A stretch of DNA of 64,000 nucleotides. Source: Daphnia carinata. Its lineage: Eukaryota. Position numbers and translations under genes: made by a program. Shown here piece after piece: positions 53,332 to 64,000 of this stretch. Position 1 is the stretch's first letter; every line of letters starts with the position of its first letter. The notes under the pieces were generated by a model, which had not been told where the DNA came from, did no database searches, and saw nothing but the letters and a program-made list of their open reading frames with translations. The DNA is taken from contig NC_081332.1 in NCBI RefSeq assembly GCF_022539665.2, forward strand, positions 6,200,001 through 6,264,000, in the 5' to 3' direction.

Positions 53332-56300
53332 CAAAGTGAAGATGAAGTGAAGAGGCCTGTCCACTGATAGCCGTGTGTTGTTGTGTATCTGTAGAGCAGC
53401 TGTCAATAAACGACGAGTTTGCAGCAGCAGCAGCAGCAGCAGCACCAAAAAGAAAAAAAAAAAATAGAAAAAGAGATGGATGAGGAGACACTCGAGTGCC
53501 ATATAGAAGAGCTGTTAGGATTGTGATGGCCGTCGCCCATCAGTCGGCTGTCGCTTGTCCTATACTACTTTTTTTTTTTTTTTTTTTTTCTTTACTTCCC
53601 CCTTTTGCTGATGTTTCGCCACTTTGGCGTGCGCACGAGATGAATAACTGATGAAGCTGAAAGTTAGACAAGAATGAGGGAAAGAAGTTGAGATGCCCAC
53701 GTAAATAGGAGCGATACAGATTGATAATTCAGACGTTTTGCTGAAGGCTATTTCGGAGAATATAGTGGCACATCTCTTTTCCTTTCGGATAACAGTTTTT
53801 TATTTTTATTTTATTTTTTTTTTTGGTATACTATCCGAACTCTTCACGGATATCTTTGCCAGCGCTCTTAAGAGTGTGTCTATAAGAGGCTGACAAGGAT
53901 CCGCCTCTATAATTGGATGTAGCCTCCGAATGTAATGAGGTACTTGTTGAGCATAGAGACGTGCGCTTTCTATTTTCAACTATCGAACCCCCTTTTTTTT
54001 TCTTTTTTTTTTTCCTTTTCCGTTCGTCTCTTTTGTGCCTTTCACATTCACGCAGACGAAAGTAAAAAAAAAAATAGGTTTTTTTTCTATTCGATTTTCT
54101 TTTTCACGGCCTGTTGTGCCTTTTTTTTTTTTTTTTTTTTTTACTTTTGGCATTTTGTCCTGGCTCAAAAAAAAAAAAAAAACGCTTCACAGGAGTAAGT
54201 AGATATACTCAATTAGCTTCGCTCTTTTCTCAGGTCTCTTTCTTTTTTCTTTTTTTTTTTGTCGACATAGTAACTTAACGTTCACGTCCAAAAATCCCTT
54301 TGTTAGACTGGATGCTTCTCCTTTTTTTTTTTTTTTTTTTTTTTTAAGGTTCTCGAGGCTCTCCAAATTTTCGACAATTCAACACGGGGGGAAAGGCAAA
54401 AAAAAAAAAAAAAAAAAAAATTACATGCTCGTAAACGTACTTCATGACATTCGGTTTGAAGCCGACATTTTTAAAAAAACAAATCTCGGTCGACACGGAA
54501 AGATTAAACCTGAGGCGTATTTTTTTTTTGTTTTTTGTTTAACGTTGATTGTTATGGCAATCTCTGTCGCAAAAAAAAAAAAAAACACAAGAAATGGGGA
54601 GGAAAGAAAAACTGTGAAAGGCGAGAAATGCAGAAATGTGAGGAGTAAAAAAAAAAAAAAAAAAAAGAAAAATTGAGATCAGCTCCTTGCGGAGTTGATT
54701 AGCAGCCCGCACGACTTGGCGTCACGTGGCAGCAGCTCCGATTTCATTTTTCTCTCTCCACTCCAAAATTGGATGAAACGTTTTTTTTTTTTGTTTTTTT
54801 TTTTCTTCTCATTTTATTTTATTTTTTTTTGTGAATTTTACGCCTTAGCCGTGGAACAGATGTTATATACATATCATTCGCATTAACAATACGCACTTCA
54901 CCGTGTGACGCTTTCGCCTTCCCTCTCTTTTTTTTAAAATTTTATTTCCATACGTAAAGAAGAAAAACACTCGTCATTATTGATTGATGACACGAGTATA
55001 AAAAAAAAAAGAAACAAAATTTTTTTCCCTGAAGAAAAAGAAGAGAAGACATTGCAAGTGTTCCATGTTTACGACTTCATTTCACGCAGAACATTTCACA
55101 CAGAGAAACTGGCTGGGCCGTTTTCTTATTAGTCGAGTCTAATCGTTAGCTCTCATTCTCCGACTCCTTGGAAGCGTTACGAATGCTTGTACAATGAAAA
55201 AAAAAAAAGGGGAAGAAGAAGAAGAAGAAAACATATATATACATACGTAGTAACCAACAAGGAACTGTGGTGGGTGTTGGGTAAGAAAAGGGCCATCTCA
55301 TCAAGGATGAAAAGCAAAGAGTCTCCTTTTTTTTTTTTTTTGAGAGAGAGAGAGAGAGAGAGGGGGGAATAAGGTGGGTGTTTTTTTAATATTTTTAGAA
55401 ACGGGGCAACGGACGACTAGCCAAACGAACGGAACCGACGCACATACATAGCATGGCTCGTAAATAAGCAGCAGGAGGTGATGCTAGAAACGCGTCTCCT
55501 AGCTAACAAACATACACACACACACACACACACCGGAGATTGGTAAGAGAAGGGCTCTGGTTATGTGTGTGTGTGTGTGTGTGTGCAACGACGAAGGGCA
55601 CCGGTTAGCAAAGACGAACTCTAACTCATGGGAGAGTCGAAAATGAAATGAAAGTGAGGCCTTTACACCACGGAGCGCTTACAACGACCCTAAGAGCTTC
55701 TTATTTTTTATTTTTTTTTTCTTTTCTTGCTTTAAAAAAAAAAAAAAAATGCCTTAACCGAAATGAGTTTCTACGCCCGAGTCTCTTGGTCTGATGCTGT
55801 GTGTGAGCCACTGTTATGACGGCACCACCGTCCCTCTGTCTCTCTCTCTCTCTCTCTCGGATATATACACTATAATATTTTGTTGGGGAAAAAAAAAAGG
55901 AAGGCAGACTTCTCTTAGGTCCTCACTGCAGGGAGAGAAGAAGAAAAAAAAAAGGAGATAGTCGGAGAGAGGTTAAAGATGGCCCCTGGTGATTGCTTTA
56001 TTCAAACCCGACCGCTCCTATCTAAATAATATACCACCCATAGATTGGGTTTGATGGACTTTACGACTGACCTCGGTTGATCGCTGATAGCGCGGCCACC
56101 ACACTACAACTGGCCGGGGTTTTTTTTTTTTTTTTTTTTATTTTGGGAAAAAATAATCTTAAATAAATTCAGCATGGGGGCCTTTAGTTATCTCTCAGTT
56201 GCTGTGACTTCTCCCTCTTTTTTTTTTTTTTTTTTTTTTTATTATTGTATTCCCAGATTCTTAGTAAGTTGCCATCAATTCCGAATCAGCTTTAAACACT

Positions 56301-57191
56301 CGAAATCTCAAGCGGGGGAGGGTTATGTGTATTAGCGCGCGGACGTTGGGAAGGGCGGCGTGCTGACCGCATCAACGCCATCCAGCTCTCGTTCACATGC
56401 CCAAGTTGTTGGATGCATCCGACCATGTGGACGAATCATTTCCACCCCAACGAATTCTTATTTTCCAAGTGCGCTCGTCAATTTGAAAGTAGGAAAAAAA
56501 AAAAAAAAAAAAAAAATCTATTCAATTTCAAAATATCAAATCTAAACGTTAGGGCTATTATCAAAAATATAATCTAGATAAGAAATCAAAAAAAAAAAAA
56601 AAAAATGTATTTTTTTTTAACAATTTCACATTGTTACCTCCCCCATGGCGTTTGCCTTCCAGTTTGGCCCACAACGTCACGAACGCACCATCGTTTCTCC
56701 GTTCTGCCGTATATATCTATCTGTCGTTGATGATCTGATGCCACGAGCACGGACCACTAGGGTTCTTACTGTCCTTTTACATTCAATAACATTATGTCGT
56801 TTCCTCTTCTTCTTCTTCTTCTTTCTCGAGTGTATGTGCACGCCCAGTGGGAGACTTTGAACAAAAAAAAGAAAGAAAGAATATGATATATAGGATATAA
56901 GGGATAAGATGATTAGAGTTGAGCGCGGGTGACGGGCGACTCGGGATCGTTGACGACCGACGACGTCATTTTATTTATTTTTTTTTTTTTTCGGGAGAGG
57001 GGGGAGGGAGTTGTTCTGAGGGAACGAATGGATGACGAAGATGACGACGACATTAGAGCCTTGAGGGGAGAAAAGAACACGAATCCCCTTCGTCGATGTT
57101 CGTGGCTTGCAGAGGGGCCTGCAGGGTGGCCAGTCAAGAAACAAGAAAAGCCCCGGCTTGTTATCGTGTTAGATCCGCAGGACATACACAC

Positions 57192-57226
<35 letters not shown>

Positions 57227-60200
57227 CCAGTCAGTCTTTCTCAATTGTGACAAATCCACCAGCAGCCTCCCTCCTTTTTTCTTTTCTTTTTTTTTTTATC
57301 TTTTTCTTTTTCCTCCCCTCCGTTCATGTAAAAGGTTTTGCTCCTGCTGCGTTACGTTGTAGTTACGTCAAACTCCGGCGAAGCGCATTGAATTCTAGTT
57401 ATGCAATGTATAGACATTGTATATCTACAATATAGCTAGTTGATTTCTATTTGAGAAATTTTGTTAACCCCCCCCCCTCCCCCTTGCTATTACTACTGTC
57501 TCTGCGTGTCATATAAAATATACAATCTCAACTATGGGGTGGGCATTTAAAAATAAAAAAAAAAAAAAAAGGAGAGGAAATAAGTAATAATAAGGGCGAA
57601 ACCTGGGTGGCCACACAAATTTCAATGACGAACATTTTATTATTTCCAGGAGACTGATTCAAACAGAGATTTTTTTTTTTTTTTTCTATTTCGTAGTTAG
57701 ACATATAAGCAATAAGCCAAAATAAAAAATAAGGGAGTCTGTTTTTGTTCCCACACGCATTTTTTTTTTTTTTTGGACAAAAAAAAAAAATGTATAAGGA
57801 CCTACCGGAGCTATCCGGATGAAAACAGTGAAGCTTATGTGAATACATTTGGCTAACAGCCAGTTTTGAAAGTGAATGCACAAACAGAAACACACACACA
57901 CACACACGCGCACACTCAAGAGTTTCGTATACAAAAGAAGAACTATAAATAATGCAAAGGGGTCGTTTGACTCGTTGACGTCCGTTTCAATCAATTTGTC
58001 AGCCTGAAGTTGACAAAAGAGTTTTCAACGTTGATTGAAGAGAAGAAAAGAAAACGAGAACGCACGGCCTTTGCGCTCTGACGGGCGGTGCGGGTGCGGC
58101 GGAATAGAAAAAAAAATAAATAAAAAGAAAAGGTGGCCATTGTTAGGTCACAGCCGGAAGGCATTCAATGCGTATTATGCAGTCTAATGACTAAAGCGCA
58201 CACGGTCGGCTTCAACTAAGACACGTACACACACACACACACAGAAAACGCATTGATTGAGCCTATTTTTGTTTTTTTTTTGTCTTTTTTTCTTATTTGA
58301 ATTGCCTTTCATCCGGCGCCATCACGAACGTGCGTGCGGCCGCACCACACCGCCATTGAAATCACAACTGATAGGTTCTCTTAACGAAGATCGTATTACA
58401 CCGACTTAAGACAGTTAATGACCTTACGAGTTCGCGTGTCTGTGTGTACAAGAGAAACATCTCAGACCTTGATAGGTTTTTCTCTAAGCTTCGTATCAGT
58501 ACTTTTGATTCGATTAATTGGCTCATCGTCACGAATTACCATCGTCTTCTTGTTGCCAGCGAGCACGAGCGAACATTTCATTTCAATCAACAACAGCAAC
58601 AACAAAAAAAAAAAAATAAATAAAAAAAAATAACTGTTACGTTTATTTATAGTCGTCTGATTGACCTTCATTTGTTTTCTCTTTGGTTAATAGGATCGAC
58701 ACGGATTGCCCAACGGCGGGAGTTCATTGGATCCCCAACAGGATTACGACTTGATCGGCGCTCACGAGAACGAGACACACACTGTTATGCGATTCCGCCG
58801 CAAGCTCGTCACCTGCGACGACAAGGATCTTAACATCACGGTAAGCAAAACGATTACACAAGATCTCTCCCCCCTTTTTTTTTTTTTAAATAAAATTCCT
58901 ATGTGTGTGTGTATCCCTACTAAAGCGATTGGTGTGTAATCATAGCCCTTTTTCTTTTTTCTTTTATTATTATTTAAACCACTTCATAAAGGTGTCAACG
59001 TCGTGGTTGATGTACGCTTATTCACCCAACGATCCACTGTCGGATGCTGACATTTCCTTCTCCAATAACCCGCACGGCTCCAAGCCCGTCTACCTGATGC
59101 ATCGCTCGCAATTCGCCGACGACGAGCTACCGTCCGACGTCAAAGTCTGGGACTTAAGGAACTACCAGGTAAAAAAAAAAAAAAAAATAAATAAATAAAA
59201 TGAATTAAAAATCTATTACTCATGGGGGTCTCGTCAGTCGTCACGCACGGGGGGAAGAAAAGAAAAAAAAAGAGACAGACGGCCACATTAGCATGGAGCA
59301 ATAGGGCACCACGGTGCACGAACTCACGCACGCAGACACAAAAGAATAGGACAGATAAAAAGGCAAATGAGGCGGATAGTGATAGAAAATTGAGCTAAAG
59401 ATTTGTACAAAAGAAAAAAGAAAAAAAAACCGGACTGCTGCTGCTTTTTGCTCTTTTTTTTTTTTTTCCTTTCCAATACGATGGAGAGTGCAAAAGAACA
59501 CGGTCTTGTTTTGTATAGAGGGGAGTAAAATAAGGTCAACGAATTGAGTGGGGGGGGGGGGGGGGAGGAGAAAAAGAAGAAAGTCCATTTCAGTTTGTTT
59601 TCAGTGAGTTTAAGTTTTTTTTTTTTTTTTTCTTTTTACTTCTTCGAGTCTCTTGTATAAACCTGACGTTTGAACGCTCATCAATCACGAAGTGAATAGC
59701 CTTTTTTTGTTTTTTTCTTGACCCCGGCGTCCGTCTTAGCAACGGGATTGAAGGGGGCGAAAACGAAACTAGCGGACGAAAAGGAGAGAGGACTATTTTC
59801 CTACGTCAATGTCTATCGATTTCAGCTGAAACTATATGGCATTACTCTCTTTCTTTTCTCTCTGTGTGTCTGTGTGTAAATTTTGGACTCCCGCCATCCT
59901 CACTCCGTTTCTTACTTTGCCGTGTGTTTTATTTGTCGGGGTCCGAAGTCGTTCCTTTCGATTTTACGATGGGTTGTTTGTTTGTTTTTTTTTTGTAGTG
60001 GGTCGTTGAATTTGTTTTTCAGGGCTCCATTCCGTAGGCCTAAGTCCCGTTGACTCTTGACATTTTTTTTTTTTTATCTTTACATCAACCGCAAATGAAA
60101 CACAATGGGACAAACTGAAAAAGAAAGGATGAAAGAAAAAGGGTCGTTATCTCTACCACAAAACCTTGACGTTCGTGATTGGGAATCATTCAAATGTGTC

Positions 60201-61625
60201 TTAACTCCTTGACTCATTGTTTGTCCTTTTTTTTTTCCCCTTTTATTCTTTGAAACGTGTGTAGGTCTCCGTTCCGGAGAATGAGGACACGTTGCACTGG
60301 TGTCGCATCTTTAAATTACCGCCCCTCGATCGTAAACATCACATGATTCGGGTAAGTAAAAAAAAAAAAAACAAAAAAAAAAAACAAAAGACGCACGAAA
60401 ATCATTTACTTTTTGGCTATTGTGTGTTGTATTAGTGCCGGTGATTGATGATTGTCTAACTCGTAGTCTTTATTTATTTATTTTTTTTTTTTTTCTTGTT
60501 TCGTTTTCTTTTGTAATTGGCAGTACGAACCCGTGTTCACGGCAGGCAGCCAACCTTTTGTTCATCACATGAACGTGTACGAATGCGTGGGAGATCCGAG
60601 CGTCTTCGAAGTGCTGGCCGCCACGGAGGGATCACGATGCTATCAGCCTTCAATGCCGCCTTTGTTTTTCAACTGCAACAACGTCGTAGTTGCCTGGACA
60701 GCCGGTTCCGAGGTATGTGATAAAAACAACACGCATACCTACTTCACAAAAAATATATATATATATACGTATATATATATAAATTAGATATCCGGTTTGC
60801 TAGTGGTTGATTAACTCAAATCCCGTTCCGACCATTTATTTCATTAGTAATAAGAAAGAACAAAAAATTGTTGTTTCGCATTATCCGATAAGAGATTGAC
60901 AAATGTCGATAGAACCAGAAAGAAATTAATCTTTTTATCTTTCCTCTTTTTTTTTTTTTTTCTTTTGTGTTGTACGTCGTTTCCTTGTTGCCTTTTCGCT
61001 GTTGACCAAATAAGGGTTTCACGTTCCCATCCGAGGCTGGCTATCCGATGAATCGGGCCGGCGGCGCCAAGTTTTTCATGCTCGAGACGCACTACGACAA
61101 CCCGAACCTGCAGAGCGGCATCGTCGATCACTCGGGCCTTCGACTCTTCTACACTTCCCAACTCAGGTACGACTGGCATTCTTTTTCTCCATGTTCCCTT
61201 ACTTTGTGGAAAGCGACGAACAATTTATTCCGCCACCAAAATAAAATTTAAAAATACCTCCCCAACACACACACACACACACAAACATCCAAGAACAACC
61301 GAGAAGGCAAAAAAAAAAAAAAAAAAGAGTGGTGTTGTGTTTTTTTCTTCTTCTTCTTCTTCTTGAAGACATCAAAGATGAAGAAGAAAAAAAGAAAAAA
61401 AACAAAAGAAGGCGAAAAGACAATTGGCCTGCCCCCTTTTTTATTTGATATTCTTCCACATTCTATCGTCAACCAGAGTAGAAGGGGCGAAAATAATAAT
61501 AATAAAAAAAAAGGTCCTCCTCCTTTGCTATTTTTCTACTAGAGTACACTCAACCACTTCATCCGACCGGAATGTTTTTGATCTCTCTTGTTCTGCCTTC
61601 ACTTTATTATATTGTATACACGGTG

Positions 61626-61660
<35 letters not shown>

Positions 61661-62304
61661 CAGATAGATATATGTAGTACTTATATTTTGTATACTACGG
61701 GGGGATTTTGTGTGTACGTATATCGTTTCTCTTCTGCTTCACTAAATGCGGCGGGTGGGTCCAATCAAAAACATCAGCCACGGGAGAAACGAAACAAGTC
61801 GTTTGTCTTTTTTTTTTTTTCTCTTGAGCCGATTTTTTGTGCTTTCTTTTAGATCTCTATCCTTCGGCTTCGTCATCGTTTGAAGCCGACGTCCCAATAG
61901 AAAAAAAAAAAAAAAAAAAAGAGTTGAGGGTCGTAACACGAATAAGCCCTTCTGTTCTTCTCATTAAAAAAAAAAAAAAAGAAGAAGAGACTGGCGCCCA
62001 GTTTTTTTGCGCTTAAAAAAAAAAAAAAAAAAAAACGAGGACTACTATCGAAATAAGAAAAAGATCCAGTTTCATTTTGGAACAGATGGTCTCATTGTCA
62101 TCTGTTCCGTCTACTCTGCTACTGTTACACTTTCATCCTTTTCACTGCTCTTTTGTTTATGACTTCAAATCTCTTATTTATTTTTTTTCTTCTTCTTTTG
62201 CGGTCAATGTATGACGTCTATCAGCCAAAATTTAAAAGTACCCCAGATGGGCATGTCATCGGACACCGAGAATAATGCGGACGAGATGACCGCTCAACCA
62301 TATC

Positions 62305-62342
<38 letters not shown>

Positions 62343-62687
62343 CTTTTGCCTTCCGTTCCCAATTTCGATGACGTTGTTTTTTGTTTTGTCCAACACCATC
62401 AGACGGTGGCAAATTGTTTTGTTTCACGGGTGAATTAAAGAAAAAACAAAACAACAACAACAACAACAAAAAAAAATGCTAACATCATCGTTCTCGCTTC
62501 CTCCTTTACAGACATCACGACGCGGGCGTGCTGAGTGTCGGCATCGATCCGAATTGGAAGCATATCGTACCGCCCGGCCAACGTAAGGTCGTCTCCGAAG
62601 CTCACTGCGTTGCCGACTGCACTCAACAGGCCCTGCCTTCTCGCGGCATCAACGTCTTTGCCGTCAACCAGCACACTCACCTCCTCG
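39713..62687 (+). CDS. MOXD1: DBH-like monooxygenase (DOMON + Cu2_monooxygenase N/C domains), MOXD1 / olf413-like; 3' exons lie beyond the window
   Basis: Exons 39713-40057 (signal peptide + DOMON: YDVYW..VTFEVQVRTLGYLVFGLSP..ADLIVGW), 58694-58840 (LDPQQDYDLI..ENETHTVMRFRRKLVTCDDKD), 58992-59168, 60265-60351 (HWCRIFKLP..KHHMIR), 60524-60712 (VHHM..C..C..AW), 61015-61166 (ETHYDNP..DHSGLRLFYT), 62512-62687 (DAGVLSVG..PPG..HC..CT..HTHLLG). Frame is consistent over ~424 aa. CuH (HH, H) and CuM (HTH) ligands are present. Confidence 0.94.
40058..58693 (+). other. 18,636-bp intron splitting the DOMON domain of the MOXD1-like gene
   Basis: Donor CAG|gtacgt at 40058 and acceptor aatag|GAT at 58693, phase 0; the join reads RPRFQ|DRHG, as expected in DOMON. 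No coding signal recognised inside. Confidence 0.85.
46940..47242. repeat. Local imperfect tandem duplication
   Basis: aatttgttg(t)n-atatataaagggggaaaaaaa occurs at ~46945-46984 and ~47166-47205; aatctatatatacacac occurs at ~47108-47124 and ~47226-47242. Confidence 0.75.
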
Positions 62688-64000
62688 GTATGCTTGTTAT
62701 TCTATTCATATTATTAACTAGGCCTGCAATTTATACGTACTCCTACACGCTCTGTGTTATATCATAAAACGTAAATACTGATGTGTGCGAGCGCTCTCTC
62801 TCGTGTGTGTGTGTGTGTGTGAATGGTGGGTACCCGTGATCCGTGATGGAGCCGAAGCGGGGACCCGCGCGTTTCCCATCCGTTCCACAGCGTGAAATAT
62901 GGCCACGTAACGCAGTAGGTGGGTTTGGCACTCGATCGCTACACGATGGCCTGGAACCATATGAGATGCTGAAAGGTTACGAGCTTGCCACACATCGTTT
63001 GAAACGTGATCGGAACGCGTGATAATATTCGATCCGTATCCGTAGAAAGCACTTGGGGTGTTTGACGGCGGATCGTCACACTCGCATTCCAAAAAAAAAC
63101 GAGCCCCTTTTTTTTTTTAATAGCTAAAAATAAAAAAATAAATCTCCTTCGATTTCAAAGGAAGAAAAATAAAAATTTTTAAATCGAAGAAAGCTTAAAA
63201 AAAAAAAAAAAAGATGTTTGAAATTTGTTCTGGTTCAATCTGTTTGACAAATCGGCTGGGAAAAGAAAAGACGTGTCAGCTATTGGGTTGATCAACAGCT
63301 CAAAGAAAATTAAATTTTTAAAAATGAATCATGTGGAATGTTGGGGCTCTTCTTTTTTTTTTTGAGTTATGAGTGCCACCCTCCCACTAGCCGCTCAGCG
63401 CGCGCTCACACGCATACAAAAAGGCTTTTAAAACAGCGATGCGGAACATGGAACATCTTGGCGGAGGAGCTTTTTTTTTCCTTTTTTTTTTTTTTCAACC
63501 GTTATGCCTTTGAAAAAAAAAAAAATCACGTCGGTTGGAAATAGGTTAAAGCAACAACACACATACACACACACAGATAGCAGTTCATCTTCATCGTCTC
63601 TGATATCGGCCGTGTCGACTGCCGGCCAGTTTCCGTCCCCTTCGTTCGTCGCACCAGGTTTTTTTTCTCCCAACTTAATGTTACTGATTTATTGACAAAC
63701 GACTTCCGCTACCGTAAACACATACAAATATGTATAGATGTGAGGGTGGGGGACGTTTGCAACATAGGTTTTTTTTTTTTCGACGGACAACATCGACGCC
63801 CTCTTCTCCCAAGATAGATAGGAACATTTTTTTTTTTTGTTGGGGGGGGTCTTGTATCCCTCAAAAAATAAATAAATAACAAAACAAATAAGGGACGCGT
63901 TTGTTGCGGCTGCTACCGCTTGAGCTTCCGCAATGGATGCCAACTCATCAACTCGTCCGCCCACCTCTACGTCGGAAAAAAAAAAAAAGAAATTTAATTT

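Noticed and set aside
41950..57435. Longest intronic ORFs (41950-42594 -, 48229-48864 -, 56929-57435 +)
   Set aside because: They run through homopolymers and microsatellites and show no transposase, RT or other recognisable motifs.
13303..62687. Adjacency of two ascorbate/O2-dependent secretory-pathway hydroxylases as a functional cluster
   Set aside because: They belong to unrelated families, their coding regions are ~24 kb apart, and no shared regulatory evidence is visible; conserved synteny would be needed.
1..64000. CRISPR arrays, tRNA/rRNA genes, prokaryotic or viral insertions
   Set aside because: No regularly spaced repeats, cloverleaf or rRNA signatures, or long intronless ORFs were seen.

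Overview
Eukaryotic, AT-rich and microsatellite/homopolymer-dense animal DNA. It is arthropod-like; the very short introns with A-rich or AAG acceptors suggest a Daphnia-type crustacean, which is an inference. Three + strand spliced genes were reconstructed by hand from GT-AG boundaries with consistent frames. (1) An Ssdp/SSBP2-3-4 LisH/LUFS transcriptional cofactor, 5'-truncated, 405-9156, with a 27-nt microexon and several candidate alternative last exons. (2) A complete 10-exon prolyl 4-hydroxylase alpha-subunit-like gene, 13303-15778, 547 aa, followed by a decayed P4H paralog remnant (~16500-16870). (3) A DOMON + copper type II ascorbate-dependent monooxygenase (MOXD1/olf413-like), 39713 to >62687, 3'-truncated, with an 18.6-kb intron and probably a distant non-coding first exon. 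Most ORFs in the supplied track are artefacts of low-complexity DNA. No prokaryotic systems, CRISPR arrays, tRNA/rRNA or intact transposons were seen, and no wholly new biological system is evident. The most interesting leads are unusual active-site substitutions in the monooxygenase, the P4H remnant and cryptic splicing in Ssdp.
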